Below are positions 49,712 through 62,396 of a stretch of 64,000 nucleotides of DNA, piece by piece. The position numbers and the translations under genes were made by a program. The notes below the pieces were generated by a model that had not been told where the DNA came from, searched no databases, and worked only from the letters and a program-made list of their open reading frames with translations. This DNA comes from Tricharina praecox (lineage: Eukaryota): positions 496,001-560,000 of the forward strand of contig NW_026250413.1 in the NCBI RefSeq assembly GCF_024521635.1. The letters are read 5' to 3'. Each line of letters opens with the position of its first letter. The first letter of the stretch is position 1.

Positions 49712-51191
49712 ATGGCCGACTCCGACTCCGATTACGTTGGCTCCTCCGATAACGAAGCCGGCATTTCCACGTCCAAAAAAGGGCGCGACGGTCGCAAACG
49801 CGAGAAAGGCAAATCACGAGAGAAACCACGCGAGCGATGGGAGGAGGTTCAGCGAGCTTGGGACGTGGGTCTCGGTGACGATATCGAATCGACAGTAGCG
49901 GGGCTGTTGGAAGCGGGCAAGAAGCGGCGGTACCCCCTCCCTTTCCTTCTTTAGCAGACTCTGCCACTAAACCCGAGTCCGTAGCCTCCTTAAGGACGAG
50001 ACACCACTGCAGCGAGGTATCATTCGGCATCTTGTTCTGATTCTAGACCTGTCTATTGCTATGGCGGAGAAGGATTTGCGGCCTACCCGATATCTCCTCT
50101 CGATCCGGTATGCGTGCGACTTTGTCCGCGAGTACTTCGAGCAGAATCCAATTTCACAGATGGCGGTGGTGGGCATGCGTGACGGACTTGCGCTGCGCGT
50201 GTCAGACATGTCGGGGAACCCAGTCTACCACATCGACGCGATTGAGAAGCTACGACTCGACGACCCGTTGGGCTCGCCGTCACTGCAGAATGCCCTCGAA
50301 ATGGCGCGTGGAGCTCTCTTCCATACACCGTCGCACGGCACTCGGGAAATCGTCATCGTCTACGGCGCCTTGTGGTCTGCCGACCCCGGTGACATCCACA
50401 ATACCATACGATCGCTGGTCACCGATAAAATCCGCGTCGCCATCGTTGGTCTTGCAGCGCAGGTCTCGATCTGCAAGGAGCTGGTCAAGCTCACGAATGC
50501 GGGCGATACCGGTAACTACGCGGTGGCGCTACATGAAGTCCATTTCCGCGAGAAGCTGCTGGAGGCAACCACTCCTCCCGTCACTCGGTCCCAAAAAATG
50601 TCGGCAAACGGCCTATTGATGATGGGGTTCCCTTCACGTATAGTGGAACGTACGGCGTCGCTCTGCGCCTGCCATTCAAACGCGACGAAGGGGGGCTACC
50701 TCTGTTCGCGCTGCAACACAAAAGTGTGCCAACTGCCCTGCGAGTGTCCATCCTGTGGCTTGACGCTTATCCTGTCTACACATCTGGCACGGTCGTATCA
50801 CCACCTCTTCCCGCTACGCAACTGGCGTGAGGTAAACTGGGTAGAGGCAAGAAAGAGCACGAACTGCTTCAGCTGTCAGACGGCCTTCCCAGTGCCTCCG
50901 GATGAGGGCACGAATGCGCCCGCAAAAACACAGCACAACACAAGTGTCAGTTCGCGCTATAGGTGTCCGGAATGCGCCCAGCACTTCTGTGTGGATTGCG
51001 ATGTGTTTTGCCACGAAACATTGTACAATTGTCCCGGCTGCCAGAGTCTATCTGATGGCGCCAAGTTGGCCGCGACGAGAGGGAGGAGGAAGAAGGTGCC
51101 ATCAGCTGCAGCTCCAGTGGACGGGGAGGCTCGAGCTAACGGTGGGAATAATAACGTCATGGCGGCGGGGGAACCGATGGTCATTGATTAA
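49712..51191 (+). CDS. SSL1: TFIIH subunit Ssl1/p44
   Basis: TPLQRGIIRHL, EYFEQNPISQ, PSLQNALE, LILSTHLARSYHHLFP, C4 and RING-like C-terminus; intron 49930-49984. Confidence 0.96.
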
Positions 51192-51397
51192 TGGGACTTG
51201 ATTTGCATAGTTCTGCAGGTGTTTGGGATGATTTTGTTCGGACGACGCTGTATCATATCTTGCGAGCGTGTATAGCATAGGCGGTCTTTTGCACGTGGAC
51301 ATAGCAACTCCGCCCTCTTCTTGTTTAATTACAATTGATTAATCCCATGTAACTGACTCCATAAACGCCATCTACACGATGCAATGTAAATAAATCA

Positions 51398-52405
51398 TCA
51401 AAAGTCACCCTGGACCGGTCGCCCATACCATCCCGCCAATCCCGAGCCTTCCCCCCCAGCCCCAAAGAATCCCGTAATTTTCTGCGTGCCCTCATCGTCA
51501 TCATCCGGCCAATCCGCCGTCGCCGCAATTGCCGTCTTTCCCTCCAACATATCCCTCACTGTTCTCCAGGAAAATCTTGCCAGCCTCCCATCCCACCCAA
51601 ACACTGGGTCTATCGTCTGGCGCAGCCACTTCTTCGTCTTCTCATCACCGGGGTACCCAGAACCCAACGCCGCCGCATCACCACTCTCATTCTCAACAAA
51701 CACCTCGATCACCGCATCGCGCGTGACCTTTGCGCACACACTCGCCGCCGAGACAATCGGGTATATAGAATCGGCCTTCTTACTAACCGTGACACTCGCG
51801 CCGGGAAACAGCTTCGCGAGCTTTGCCTGGTAGCTAGTGGGCGGGCCGACGGTATCCACGTAGATCTCGGCAACATTGACACCCGCGTCAATGACGCCGC
51901 GAATCAACGCGGCCGTCGTGTCGTGCGCCTGCGCATTGAGGTTGTAAGCTCCGGCGCCCCGGAGCATTCCCGCAGAAATGTCCCGTGGCGACATCAGCGT
52001 CGCGGACCACCCCATCGATTCGAACAGGTCTGTCCCCGGCGTGCATGTGGCTCTGAGTAGCGATGTGCGCACCCCCGCAGTGAGCTTCTTCGAGTCGTCG
52101 AATTTGTGCGTTTTCAGGATGTCGGCGGTCGTCTTGGGCATGTAGGAGACGGCGTATACCATGGGCCCGAGGACAGGGCCGCGCCCGGCTTCGTCCACGC
52201 CGAGGATGCAGGGAACGCTCGAGTCGGCGAGGACTAGCGACGGGACCGGGGAGTGGTAGGTGTAGGATTCGCTGCAGAGGAGCTTCGCAATGATGATTGA
52301 GGGCGGGACGAAGGTTTCTGATATGGGGATGTCGCGCTGTGGCTCGGTCGGTGACTCGATCGGAGACTCGGCTGCGACTTCGGGCTGGGTTTCTTGGTCT
52401 GCCAT
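51398..52405 (-). CDS. RNH201: Ribonuclease H2 catalytic subunit A
   Basis: LGVDEAGRGPVLGPMVY, DDSKKL, YVDTVG, KADSIYPIVSAASVCAKVTRD, GSGYPGD. Confidence 0.97.
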   Translation of the reverse strand: MADQETQPEVAAESPIESPTEPQRDIPISETFVPPSIIIAKLLCSESYTYHSPVPSLVLADSSVPCILGVDEAGRGPVLGPMVYAVSYMPKTTADILKTHKFDDSKKLTAGVRTSLLRATCTPGTDLFESMGWSATLMSPRDISAGMLRGAGAYNLNAQAHDTTAALIRGVIDAGVNVAEIYVDTVGPPTSYQAKLAKLFPGASVTVSKKADSIYPIVSAASVCAKVTRDAVIEVFVENESGDAAALGSGYPGDEKTKKWLRQTIDPVFGWDGRLARFSWRTVRDMLEGKTAIAATADWPDDDDEGTQKITGFFGAGGEGSGLAGWYGRPVQGDF

Positions 52406-52654
52406 CGTTGAGAGTTGTGTTCCGGGGATGCGTGAGTGAGAGGCAATGAGTGCGTATGGCTGTGTCCTCGAGAATTCGCGTTGCGACTTTTGGCGCGTCT
52501 TAGGAATGTCTTGGCAACAACCGTCTCCGCCATTCCTGGAGATCTAACAAAACATCGCGAAACAATACAAACACCAAGACCCACCACCACACCACACGCC
52601 CCGGAGTCCCCACGCGAGTCGATCATCACATCTTTTCCAAGCACCCACGCGACA
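52406..52654. promoter_or_regulatory. Bidirectional promoter region between RNH201 and MIF2 with MCB/SCB-like CGCG cores
   Basis: Head-to-head starts 250 bp apart; TTCGCGTT 52475, GGCGCGTC 52492, CGCGAAA 52556, ACGCGA 52612 and 52647. Confidence 0.5.
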
Positions 52655-55600
52655 ATGGCAGAGAACGGGGCTCGTGGCTCGCGCCAGACCAACTTCTGGA
52701 ACGTTGGTACACAGGGACGGTATTTACATCGAGTCAGCCCTGTGTCTGCGGGACGGTGCTGACAGGGCGCGTTCGCAGGAAAACGGGAATCACAGTTGAA
52801 GACACCGGAAAACGCGATGCACACGGCTTCGAGGACATGGACAACTTCTTCTCGCCGGAGAAAGCAGAGCTACCACCGCCGCCAGCGCCGAAACCGGCAC
52901 CAGCAGCGGGAGGGGGGATATTCCGCGGCCACTCGGCAGTGCCCTCCTCTACAGGCAATGAAAAAACTGCGACGGAGGGGTCCATGGCGGTTGCTGAAAG
53001 TATAGCTTCTCCTTCACTCGATTCCGGTGGTTATGTGGGGTGTTGATTTCCCAGCAGGTAGTGGATTAGAGCCCAAAGAGGCGCGCGCGTTCCAGATGCG
53101 ACAGGCGTCGTTGCCCCCGTATATTTCACGGTCGCCGGGGAATTTTACGGTTTCGGGTTCCCCCAGACGCGGATCTTCGATTGGACCCAGGAGCTCGCCG
53201 ACGCGACAGCTGGATAGTTCGCCTATACGCTCGTCGTCGCCGAATAAGAAGCTTGATTTTGGAGTTGCGAAACGTGCAGCGAGTGTGAGTAGTGTGTTGG
53301 GCTCGCCGATACGAACGATGATTGCACCGCCGAAAGCGAATGGAAGGGCTACGTCGGTGGGTCCAGCGGTGCCGGAGAAGCAGGAGATGTCCAAGCCCAG
53401 GGAGCGTGAGATGAGCAACCCGCCGAGGGAGCACGAAAGATATGTGGCTCCAGTGGCAATGATGGCTACGAATTCGCAGCCTTCGAAGCGACCGCCGGTA
53501 GTGGAAATGATCGCGGAAGAGGATGAGATGAAGACGGAAGATTCAGAAGTCATGCAGTCTTCACCGGTCCAGAAGAAGAAGCCTGCAAAGCGTGGGTTGA
53601 TCTCTGCGAAGACGGTCGCAAAGCCGTTTATCTTTGACGACGATGACACCGAGGAGGAGGAGGAGGAGGAGGAGGAGGAGGACACAACAAATGCCAACGG
53701 AGACGCGACGAACGGGAGAGATAGCATAGATGAAGCGGTATCAAAGATGCTGGATAGCACCCCAGAGCCACCATCAAGAGATGCAGATGTGGTTATGTCC
53801 GATGCTCCCGATGGCGATGACACACAAATAGAAGACTCACCAGCACCATCGCCGGCAAAACCCAACCAAAGAGCCAAAGCCCGCAAAACTCCTACCCCCG
53901 AACCAAAACCGCAACCTACACCAACGCCCGAGTCAGAGAACGAAGCCGAAACAGAGGAGTTGGAACCCGTCAAGCTCCAGACCAAGAAACGACCTGAACA
54001 GAAGAAGGCGGCACCAGCGCCTGTGTCCGAGCTGACGCCAGAAGCCGAAGAGGAGGAGGAGGATAGTGACTCGGGGCCGGATGTGATCGAGCCCAAGGCA
54101 TTCCAGAAGCGGGCACCTGCGAAAAAGCCGGCTCCAGCCAAAGCCAAGAAGGCACCCGAGCCTGAACCGGAATCGGAACCGATGGAGGAAGAGGAAGAGG
54201 AAGTCGACGAGGATGACTTGGAACCCAAGAAGTTCAGTTTTTCGAAACGACCAGCTGTCAAGCCCGCGGCAGCTAAAGGAAGGAAGGCGCAACCCCGGCC
54301 CGAACTGGAAGCTGAAGAGAAGGTGCAGGAGCCGGTAACACTCAAATTCAAGAACCGGACGGCCAAAGCCAAACCCGTCAAGGAGGCGGCGCCTGTGTCT
54401 GAGGCTGAATCAGAAGTCGAAGAAGAGGAGCAGGAAATGACTACTTCTAAGAAACGCCCCAATGGCAAATTTGCATCAGGCAGAGGGAAGAAGCCAGTAT
54501 CCCAACCCGAACCTGAACCGGAGGCGGAAGAGGAAGAAGAGGCGGAAGTAGTTGTTCCGACTAAGAAGCAAAGCAAGCCAAGGAAGAAGTTGACAATGAA
54601 AACGTCGTCCCGCGCTACTAAGAAAGCTGTATCGCAGCCGGCACCGAAGCAAGAAGCAGAGGAGGAGGGGGAGGCACCTCCCGTACCACCGATAGCACGA
54701 CGAGGAGGAAAAGCCCCGAAGAAGGTGCCGACCCCAGAATCTGAGGAGGAAGATGAGCCCGCACCTAAGCCCGCGAAGCCTACACCAAAAGGCAAAGGTC
54801 GGGGGAAGGCGAAGGTTGTCGAAGAAGAACTCAAGTCTGAGTCCACGAAACCTGCAGCAAAAGCTAAAGGTAGAGGAAAGAAGGTTGTTGAGGAACATGA
54901 ACCCGAGCCTGAGCTTGAGAAACCTGTGCCGAAAGCTAAAGGTAAAGGAAAGGCGCCCAAAGCACCGGAACCCGAACTTAGCGAGTCATCCTCTCAATCA
55001 GCAAGGAGGTCGTCCACGGCAAAGGCGAAACCAAAGGATGTCCCTCAAGATGATGAAGAGCCGCCCAAAAAGAAAGCTCGGTCTAGAGGAAAGGCACCAA
55101 AGTTAACCATGCCGAGCCGAGTATCCCCCCAAAGACGAAGCAATGTTCCAGCCCGCAAACCCGTCCCTGCACCTGAAGAGGACGAACAAGAGCCGATGGA
55201 TGTGGATGAGCCCGAGGTGGATGAGGAACCCGCGCCGCCGCCCCGAAAAGGCAAAGTCAAAGGCAAAGCTCCTGCTGCTGTTGCTAAGAAGACCGCGCCT
55301 GCCGAAGCGCACGGGTCACCAACTGCCAAGGAAACCCGTGGAACTCAACGAATCATCCGCGAGAAGCCACCTCCAGCACCTCGACAGCAGTCCGCCGATG
55401 AGGAAGGTTCTCGGCGTTCCGGTCGTGCCCGCGTCGCACCTCTCCAGTACTGGAAGGGAGAAAAGGCCGAGTATGCACTCGCCGATATCGATGAGGAGGA
55501 AGACCCTCGGAAGAAGACGATGCGTATGCCTCAGCTCGTCGGCGTGGTCCGTATCGAGAGCGACGAGGAGCAGAAGCCAAAAAGGAGAGCGCCTGCGCCC

Positions 55601-56220
55601 AAGAAGAAAGCTCCTTCTGCTGGTACAAAACGCAAACGGGTTCCCGATGGCGAAGGCAGTGACGATGACTCCGATCCTGGTGAGCCCGACGTATGGGAGC
55701 ACAGCGGCAACAACGACGAAGTAGGTGTCAAGAAGGGCATCGTACGTGCATTCCCAACCGTGGTGGATGACGACGGCGAGGAGCAAATGGAAGAGGCACA
55801 GCTCGCGTTCTCGCGGAACCGGATGGTCACCGTCGATGTCGCCAACGGCGAGTTCAAATTCGTCAAGACCTTCACCGAAGACCACTTCGGCACGGGGATC
55901 ATCGAGATTCCGCCCGGAGGCGCGAAGAGGCTCAAGAACTCGGGGAAAATGCATCTGGTCTTTTACATGCTCAAGGGACGCGCCACCGTCACTATTTCTA
56001 AGAACAATTTCCGCGTCGGCAAAGGAGGTCAATTCATGGTGCCCAGAGGTATGTCACATCCACTCACTCGCCTACCTACTCCTCTGCACTAGTATGTACT
56101 GACAATACTCCAGGCAATCTGTACAGTATCGAGAACGAGTACGACAAACCGGCAAAGATGTTTTTCGCGCAAGGCTGCGAGCCGGTTGTGTACTTTGAGG
56201 ATGGGGATTCTTCCGACTGA
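52655..56220 (+). CDS. MIF2: Inner kinetochore protein Mif2/CENP-C
   Basis: N-terminal motif GRKTGI..RDAHGFEDMDNFFS, CENP-C motif RRSGRARVAPLQYWKGEK, C-terminal cupin (GIIEIPPGGAKRLKNS..FMVPRGNLYSIEN); three introns. Confidence 0.93.
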
Positions 56221-57432
56221 GCTTTCTTCATTTCTTGGGTTTCGTTTCGGCGCGTGTTTGTTTGTTGGTCAATATCCCATTTTTTAGTTTTCTCTTTGTG
56301 CAGCAGGTTGATTTGTATATCTTGTTTCTTCTCTTTGACTGAGGATGTTGACACCGGCGGCCGTGGAGATGCGATGAGGAGTATCGGGGCGGTGTTTATT
56401 TTGCTAGATATCTCGATGTGAAATCACAAATTACGCATTGGGGATTACCTATCGGATGCTTTTTCGCCGCTCAGATTTGGGTCTGTGGAGAAGTGTAACC
56501 GAGTGATCATGCATGATCTTACGCATCGTACAGTCCTCCTGGTGATATCTCGTGAAGAAGACGGAGACCCGTGTCTCGTGCGGGCCAGTCCAATCATCAA
56601 TCTCAGTGCCAATTTAGATACCTGTTGTTCCCGCCATGACACTTCTCGTTGCCGATCATCACATACTCTTCCCAGATCCCCCCCTCTCCACCGCACAGCA
56701 GCACCGCAAAGTTCAAACCCCATGTCCGCATCCGATCCCGACAGTCATCCTGCATCTAGATTCTATGTATGCACCTATCGCGGCCTGCGGGAAGCTGGCG
56801 TTTATTTATGCAATGTGCATAGCACTACTCTAGTTAGTGTGCACTTTCCGATGTTCCATCGACTGGTCGTTCTAACTAGCGGGCTCGTTTCGCTCGCCAC
56901 CCAAACAAGGCTGAGTTTAGTACACGCTCCAGAAGTATCGCGGTTTTGCACGTTCTCAACGGGCGCCCGTTGTGTTGGTGCGGTATGTTGTTTTGCGGCT
57001 ACGAAAGACGGGATCCGTCTGTTCCACATCACATCGGAAACAGGGCCGAGGTGTTAAACACCCTTGCCTTACATACATACCTCCCTCCCTCCCTCCCACC
57101 CTCCCACGCTCCCTTTTGTCCTTCAAATTCGGCGGTCGTTTCAATTTGCGTGGGCCAATCAAATCGCTGCCTGGCGAAATTGAAGGTGGGCTGGCTGGAT
57201 CGATGTTCATATGGCAGTATGAAAGTACCTGGTAATTTTGTTCCAATTTTTTGCCCGAGATGAACCTTTGAACTTTGATGGCATGTAAGGAAGGTGTGTG
57301 GAACCGGCTCTGGTGTCTATGTAGGTATTGTGCGGGCGCTCAATCAAGAAGGCGCGACCTCCTCCAAGGCGTGGGTGGGTGGGTGGGTCAGAATGAGAAA
57401 CCCAGCCACTCTTCCTGCTCGTTCTCGTTCTT

Positions 57433-57507
57433 CCTGCTTGCTTGCTTGCTTTGCTTGCTTGCTTGCTTGCTTTGCTTGCTTGCTTGCTTGCTTGCTTGCT
57501 TTGCTTC
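57433..57507. repeat. (GCTT)n microsatellite
   Basis: Seen directly. Confidence 0.95.
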
Positions 57508-57883
57508 CTGCCTTTCGCATCGCTGCATCCATCCATCCATCCCGCGCGCCCGTCCGTTCTGTCGGCTACTCTAGTGAGTTGACTTTGCGCTCGACTGCGG
57601 ATTGTGTGAGAAAGTACCCACAACAACAAGCTCCAATTAGAGTACCTACCGTGATTTCCACTACATACCAACCTACCCACCGACCGACCGGCCTACTCTA
57701 TTTACTCCACCGACTGTTCACTCGGTCGCTTGCTCGCTCGCTCGCCCGCACGCCTACACGACCATCGTTTCCTCTCCCTCCCCGTCCATAGTTACTCGAC
57801 CTCGGGTGGTTGCGAGACGAGACGAGACGAGAACTCCGCTCTAGCGGCACTCCAACGCGCGCGGCGGCTGATACGACGACATC

Positions 57884-59136
57884 ATGTCTCAATTCGGGAA
57901 TTTCCACGTACATACACCTCTCTCTCTCGAAAATCGTCGGAAACAAATCGGTTGCGGTCGGACTGTCAGACTAACGAACGGCTGTCGTATGTATCTAGGA
58001 CTTCTGTCGAGACTCAACGCTACCCGTCTGCAACGTACGTTCCACTCCCCGTCCTCCTCCTCCTGCTCCTCCTCCCACCATCGCCGTCGCTCATCGCGTA
58101 CGCATACACAGTTATTCCTCGAGCGTTCCGGCACGCAGTACGGCGGGGGCATAGACAAGTCGTGCGCACTAGTCGGCTTCGCCGCGGGCGGGGGACGAGT
58201 CCGGAACCTGGGGTCGATAGTTGCCTGCGCCGTTGCCGTGATCGTCGCCGGCCTGTTGATATGGCTGTCGGAGCGGAAGAAGGCGGCCGTCGGGCGCCGG
58301 GAGATGCAGATCTTCCTTGTGGCATACGCTATCGTCTCGATCGCGGAGATATTCAGTGTTGGCGGGTTTCTGACGGATAGGAAAAAATTGGTGGTATGTT
58401 GTGTTCTTCGATGCTTGGCTTGTGGGGAGGGTGTTGATGGATGTGCGGTGCGGACAGTGGTTCTCGGCCATACATATAGGCGCCATCGCGGCCGCGTGCT
58501 GGATCCTCCTCATCAACGCGATCGTCGGGTACCAATTGATGGACGACGGGACGCCGCTGAGTAATGGTCTGACGGCGGGCTCGGGCCTCGTCGTGTTCAT
58601 TGGCGTCGCATACGTCGCGGTCGACACGGGGTTCAACTACTCGGGCGAATTCGAGATCAACGACGATAACCTCCGGAACTACGCGCTCTACGTCCTGTAC
58701 CTACTCTTCCCGCTGCTCCTGCTCGTCGCGTTCTTCATCCTCGAGAGCGTGCTGGTGCTAGGGGTGTTACGGGAGACTCGGCCGATGGGTATGTACACCA
58801 CCACCACCTCCCCCCTCCCCCCTCCCCCCTCCCCCCCTGTCCCCTCCCCGCATCCACTGACAGGAACCCACAGTCCTCCTCACGATCTCAGCGCTTCTAT
58901 TCATCATAAGCCAAATCTTCAACTTCGTGATCAGCGTGCACCTGTGCACCGCGACCAACGGCAAGATCGACGGCGCACTGTTCGAAACGCTGTTCGTGCT
59001 GCTCGCCGTAATAGCGCTGTGGTTCTTCTGGAGCAGCATCACTGAGGACGAGTGGCCCGATGATAACTACACCTCCGGCACTACGCCGTTACCGTCTACC
59101 ATCGGTGGTGGGGCTGGTGAACGCGCTTATGCTTGA
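57884..59136 (+). CDS. CHS7: Chs7-family chitin synthase export chaperone (multi-pass membrane protein)
   Basis: DFCRDSTLPVC, RKKAAVGRREM, NAIVGYQLMDDGTPLS, KIDGALF, FWSSITEDEW; introns 57908-57998, 58035-58111 and two further ones. May be the Chs7-like paralog rather than the ortholog. Confidence 0.88.
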
Positions 59137-61566
59137 TTTTCCTGCCGACTGACTTCCATCCTTACTACGGAAGGAGGATGGTGATGTGATGGTGCGTATG
59201 TAATGATGTTAATGTGAGGCGTTTGTTTTTGTTTTCCCTTGTTTTTGTCGTTTTTTGTTAGTTTTGCCTGGTGGGGTGGGTGTGGTTTTTATTTTAATGC
59301 GGGAGGGAGCGGCGCCGTGGGAAAAAGGGTTCTTGAACATACTTCTTTGTATACCCATTTTTTTTTGTTTTTGTTCTGTACTTTTGTGTGGGGAGAGGGG
59401 GGCGGAGATGTGTACGCGATTGCTACCTGCATTGTGATAGATGATTCTCTAGATACTCTACACCAAAGCTTTGCGATTTGCGATTTGCTTATATACCTTA
59501 CCTATACCATGACAGTAGTTGCTGTAGTTGTATTTGCTTATGTAACTAAAAAGGACTATAGATTTACTTACTTACGAGTGTCTTGATGGTTGCTGGAGGC
59601 GTGGAAAGGTATGGGAGGGGACAGGCTGGGCTGGGAAGTGGGAATAGTGGGATAGTTCTCTAATAGGTCACACAATTACGAACAAATAGGTAGCGGATCA
59701 TACGATATCACCATCATCATACCGCCATCACGTGCGCCCATTACTTGTAATTGGGTACTTTCTCGCACCCAAGCTCCCTATCACTATCACTAGGTAGATA
59801 TCCCAGTAATTAGGCCGCCGGCTCTGTTCCATTCCAAAATATACGATCCCATCGTGAAGAGGAGGAGATCCGAGCCGTCATTGACCGAGCCGTCATAGCG
59901 GCGTATAGCAGCGTATCTATCTACATACGATAACCGATGACGATGAACGATGGGGAGATCCGGCCCGCCGGTCCCCGCACCCTGCACCCTACCGTGCCTC
60001 ACCATCATTTCCCATCCTACTCGAAGCTCGAAGCGAGCTAGTTAGAGTAGTGTCACGACTCAGGGACGAAGCGCGATGTCCGAGCATTCGTTGAAGCGGA
60101 TGCCCGCTGGTGATCCTCTGGCGGGGGATAAGTAAGATAGGCTAGGCCGGCTGCGCACGGTGTCTTCAAATACCTAGGCCGTTGGAACTTGAGAGGTACC
60201 AGTACACAGACCTTACACGCTCGGCCGCAGCTTGCGGTCGCTATGTAGATTATGTATGGGGCTCGAGGGATCGGTGGGCTACCTACCCCGCAATCGTCCG
60301 GGAAACTGGCTGGATGGCGCTCGAGGAGTCGAGGTCTGCTGTGTGACTTTGCGTATGTAGTCGCTGGTAAGGCGAAGCATCGTGTCCACTGTCCACGGCT
60401 GGCAGTAGAGTGGAGAAGAGCACTGGTGCCCTCCGTCGTCGTTTTATGCTCTGGGCGCCGTCACCGGGACGGTCAGGTCTCCATAGGCCTCGACATGCCT
60501 ATTTACATCCTTTCAATGGGGGCTTTGAGCCTATGTGCCGAGTTTCTGACGGTTTTGCTTGGAAGTTTTGCTTGGAACGGGGGCACTGGTGTCCTCCGTG
60601 CCCTCCGTGACTCCGTTCTCAGTTTATGCCCGGGGGGCCATCGCCACCTCATAGCGATCAGGGCTCTAAAGGCCTCGACATTCCTGGACATACCTATTCA
60701 GCAGCCAGCTCCCGTCAATGGGGACTCTGAGTCCACAAGCCGACTCCCGAGTTGTTGCTCATATTGTCTGTTGGTTTTACTTGGAAGGTCTTGCTTGGAA
60801 GGTCTGCTTGGAAGGCTTGGAACGGCGGATTGTTTTTTTGTTTGTTCGTACTAATCTTCAGCCTATCCAAGACCAAGTCAGTAGGACAGCGTACATCTTC
60901 GTCCTTCCAAGTTCCCTACCCACAGTCCTGCTTGGAATGGGATCCCATGTGTGCATATGGTGTCACTCGGGTGACGAGTGATCGGTGATGTTACAGTCCT
61001 TAGAAGTCACAGTCCTTGGAAGCAAGAAACCGAGATCGGGATGCTAGCAAATATTACCAGTAGTGCTGCTAGGCTGGCAGCTTCCACTGTTCAACCGTGA
61101 TCTCCAAATGGCCGGCCCATGTATGCATGTAACGTGATGCGTCAACCGGTCTATTCAGCGATCACGAGATTTCGCGGACCGCAGGTCCTTATCAGCTGCC
61201 GCATCGACATCGGCATCGGCTTTCACATGCAACTTCCAGCGCTCTCCTCTCACTCATCAGGAACAAAAAGATCCTCTCCCTCAAATTCGTAATCATAATG
61301 TACACCTACACCCCCGCATAAGGAAAGATAAAGAATAGAGAAGATAAAGATTCCAACCCAACCGCGTTATCGTGTTGCCCTCCCCCCTCCCCCCTCCCTC
61401 CACCCTCCACCCCCGTCAAACCGTCGCCCGTCAAACCAGAATAGAGTAAAAACGCCTGTGGATGTGATGCAGCCAGCAATCTCTAGCGAAACAGAACTGA
61501 GAATAGCATACTCTCTCTTCCGCACCGTTACCGTTACCAACAAGGAGATTGGGGGGCGGGGTGAAG

Positions 61567-61569
61567 GAA

Positions 61570-61605
<36 letters not shown>

Positions 61606-61611
61606 AAAAGA
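61567..61611. repeat. (AAAG)n microsatellite
   Basis: Seen directly, in the 3' region of the Rab gene. Confidence 0.95.
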
Positions 61612-61679
61612 AAAACACCCATAAAATTGTCCGTCGGTTCGGTTCATAAGTCTTGCCGTCTGTCTGTCAGTTGGCCTGC

Positions 61680-62396
61680 TCAGCAGCACCCACCCTTCGG
61701 CGGCTTCGCCTGGTCGTCGATCCCAATGCTGGTCTTCGCCGTGTTCGCCTTGATCCCATGGCTCTTATCGTTGAGATCATAGACGCCACCCACGATGTTC
61801 TTATAGATCTCCTTAGCACAGTCCACGAACGCCTCCTCGACACTCTCGCCGGTCTTCGCACTCGTCTCGACCGCCGCCTTGAGCCCATGAGCCTCCGCCC
61901 ACTCCCTGGCCTCCTCCACGGTAACCTTCCTCTTGCCCGGATCCGCCTCTGCCAGGTCGCACTTATTCCCGACGAGGATGATGGATATATTCTGGTCCGC
62001 GGCGGCGCGGAGCTCATCGAGCCACTCCTGGACGTGTTCGAACGTCTCGCGCCTCGTGATGTCATAGACGAGCAGCGCGCCCGTCGCCCCGCGGAAGTAC
62101 GACTTTGTGATGGCACGGAAGCTCTCCTGCCCCGCCGTGTCCCATACTTGCAGCTTGATCTTTTTTTCGGCCGATACGGGGATTATCCGGCTGCCGAACT
62201 CGACGCCGATCGTTACGTCGTGCTGTGGGTTGAAGCGCCCCTCGCATAGGCGGATCGTGAGACTCGATTTGCCGCACCCGCTGTCGCCGATGTTGACGAC
62301 TTTCTGGTGGCTGTTAGTAGTGCGCGCTCGGTGCGGGGAGGGGGGGGGAAGTAGGGGGTGGTGGCGCACCGCTATGTAGTCCCATGGCTGAGGCAT
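61680..62396 (-). CDS. Rab2-like small GTPase
   Basis: GDSGCGKS, HDVTIGVEFG, WDTAGQESFRAIT, GNKCD, ETSAK and C-terminal GGCC; intron 62304-62369. Confidence 0.93.
   Translation of the reverse strand: MPQPWDYIAVRHHPLLPPPSPHRARTTNSHQKVVNIGDSGCGKSSLTIRLCEGRFNPQHDVTIGVEFGSRIIPVSAEKKIKLQVWDTAGQESFRAITKSYFRGATGALLVYDITRRETFEHVQEWLDELRAAADQNISIILVGNKCDLAEADPGKRKVTVEEAREWAEAHGLKAAVETSAKTGESVEEAFVDCAKEIYKNIVGGVYDLNDKSHGIKANTAKTSIGIDDQAKPPKGGCC

Noticed and set aside
53014-54960. 648-aa antisense ORF
   Set aside because: Shadow of the Glu/Lys/Pro-rich MIF2 coding strand.
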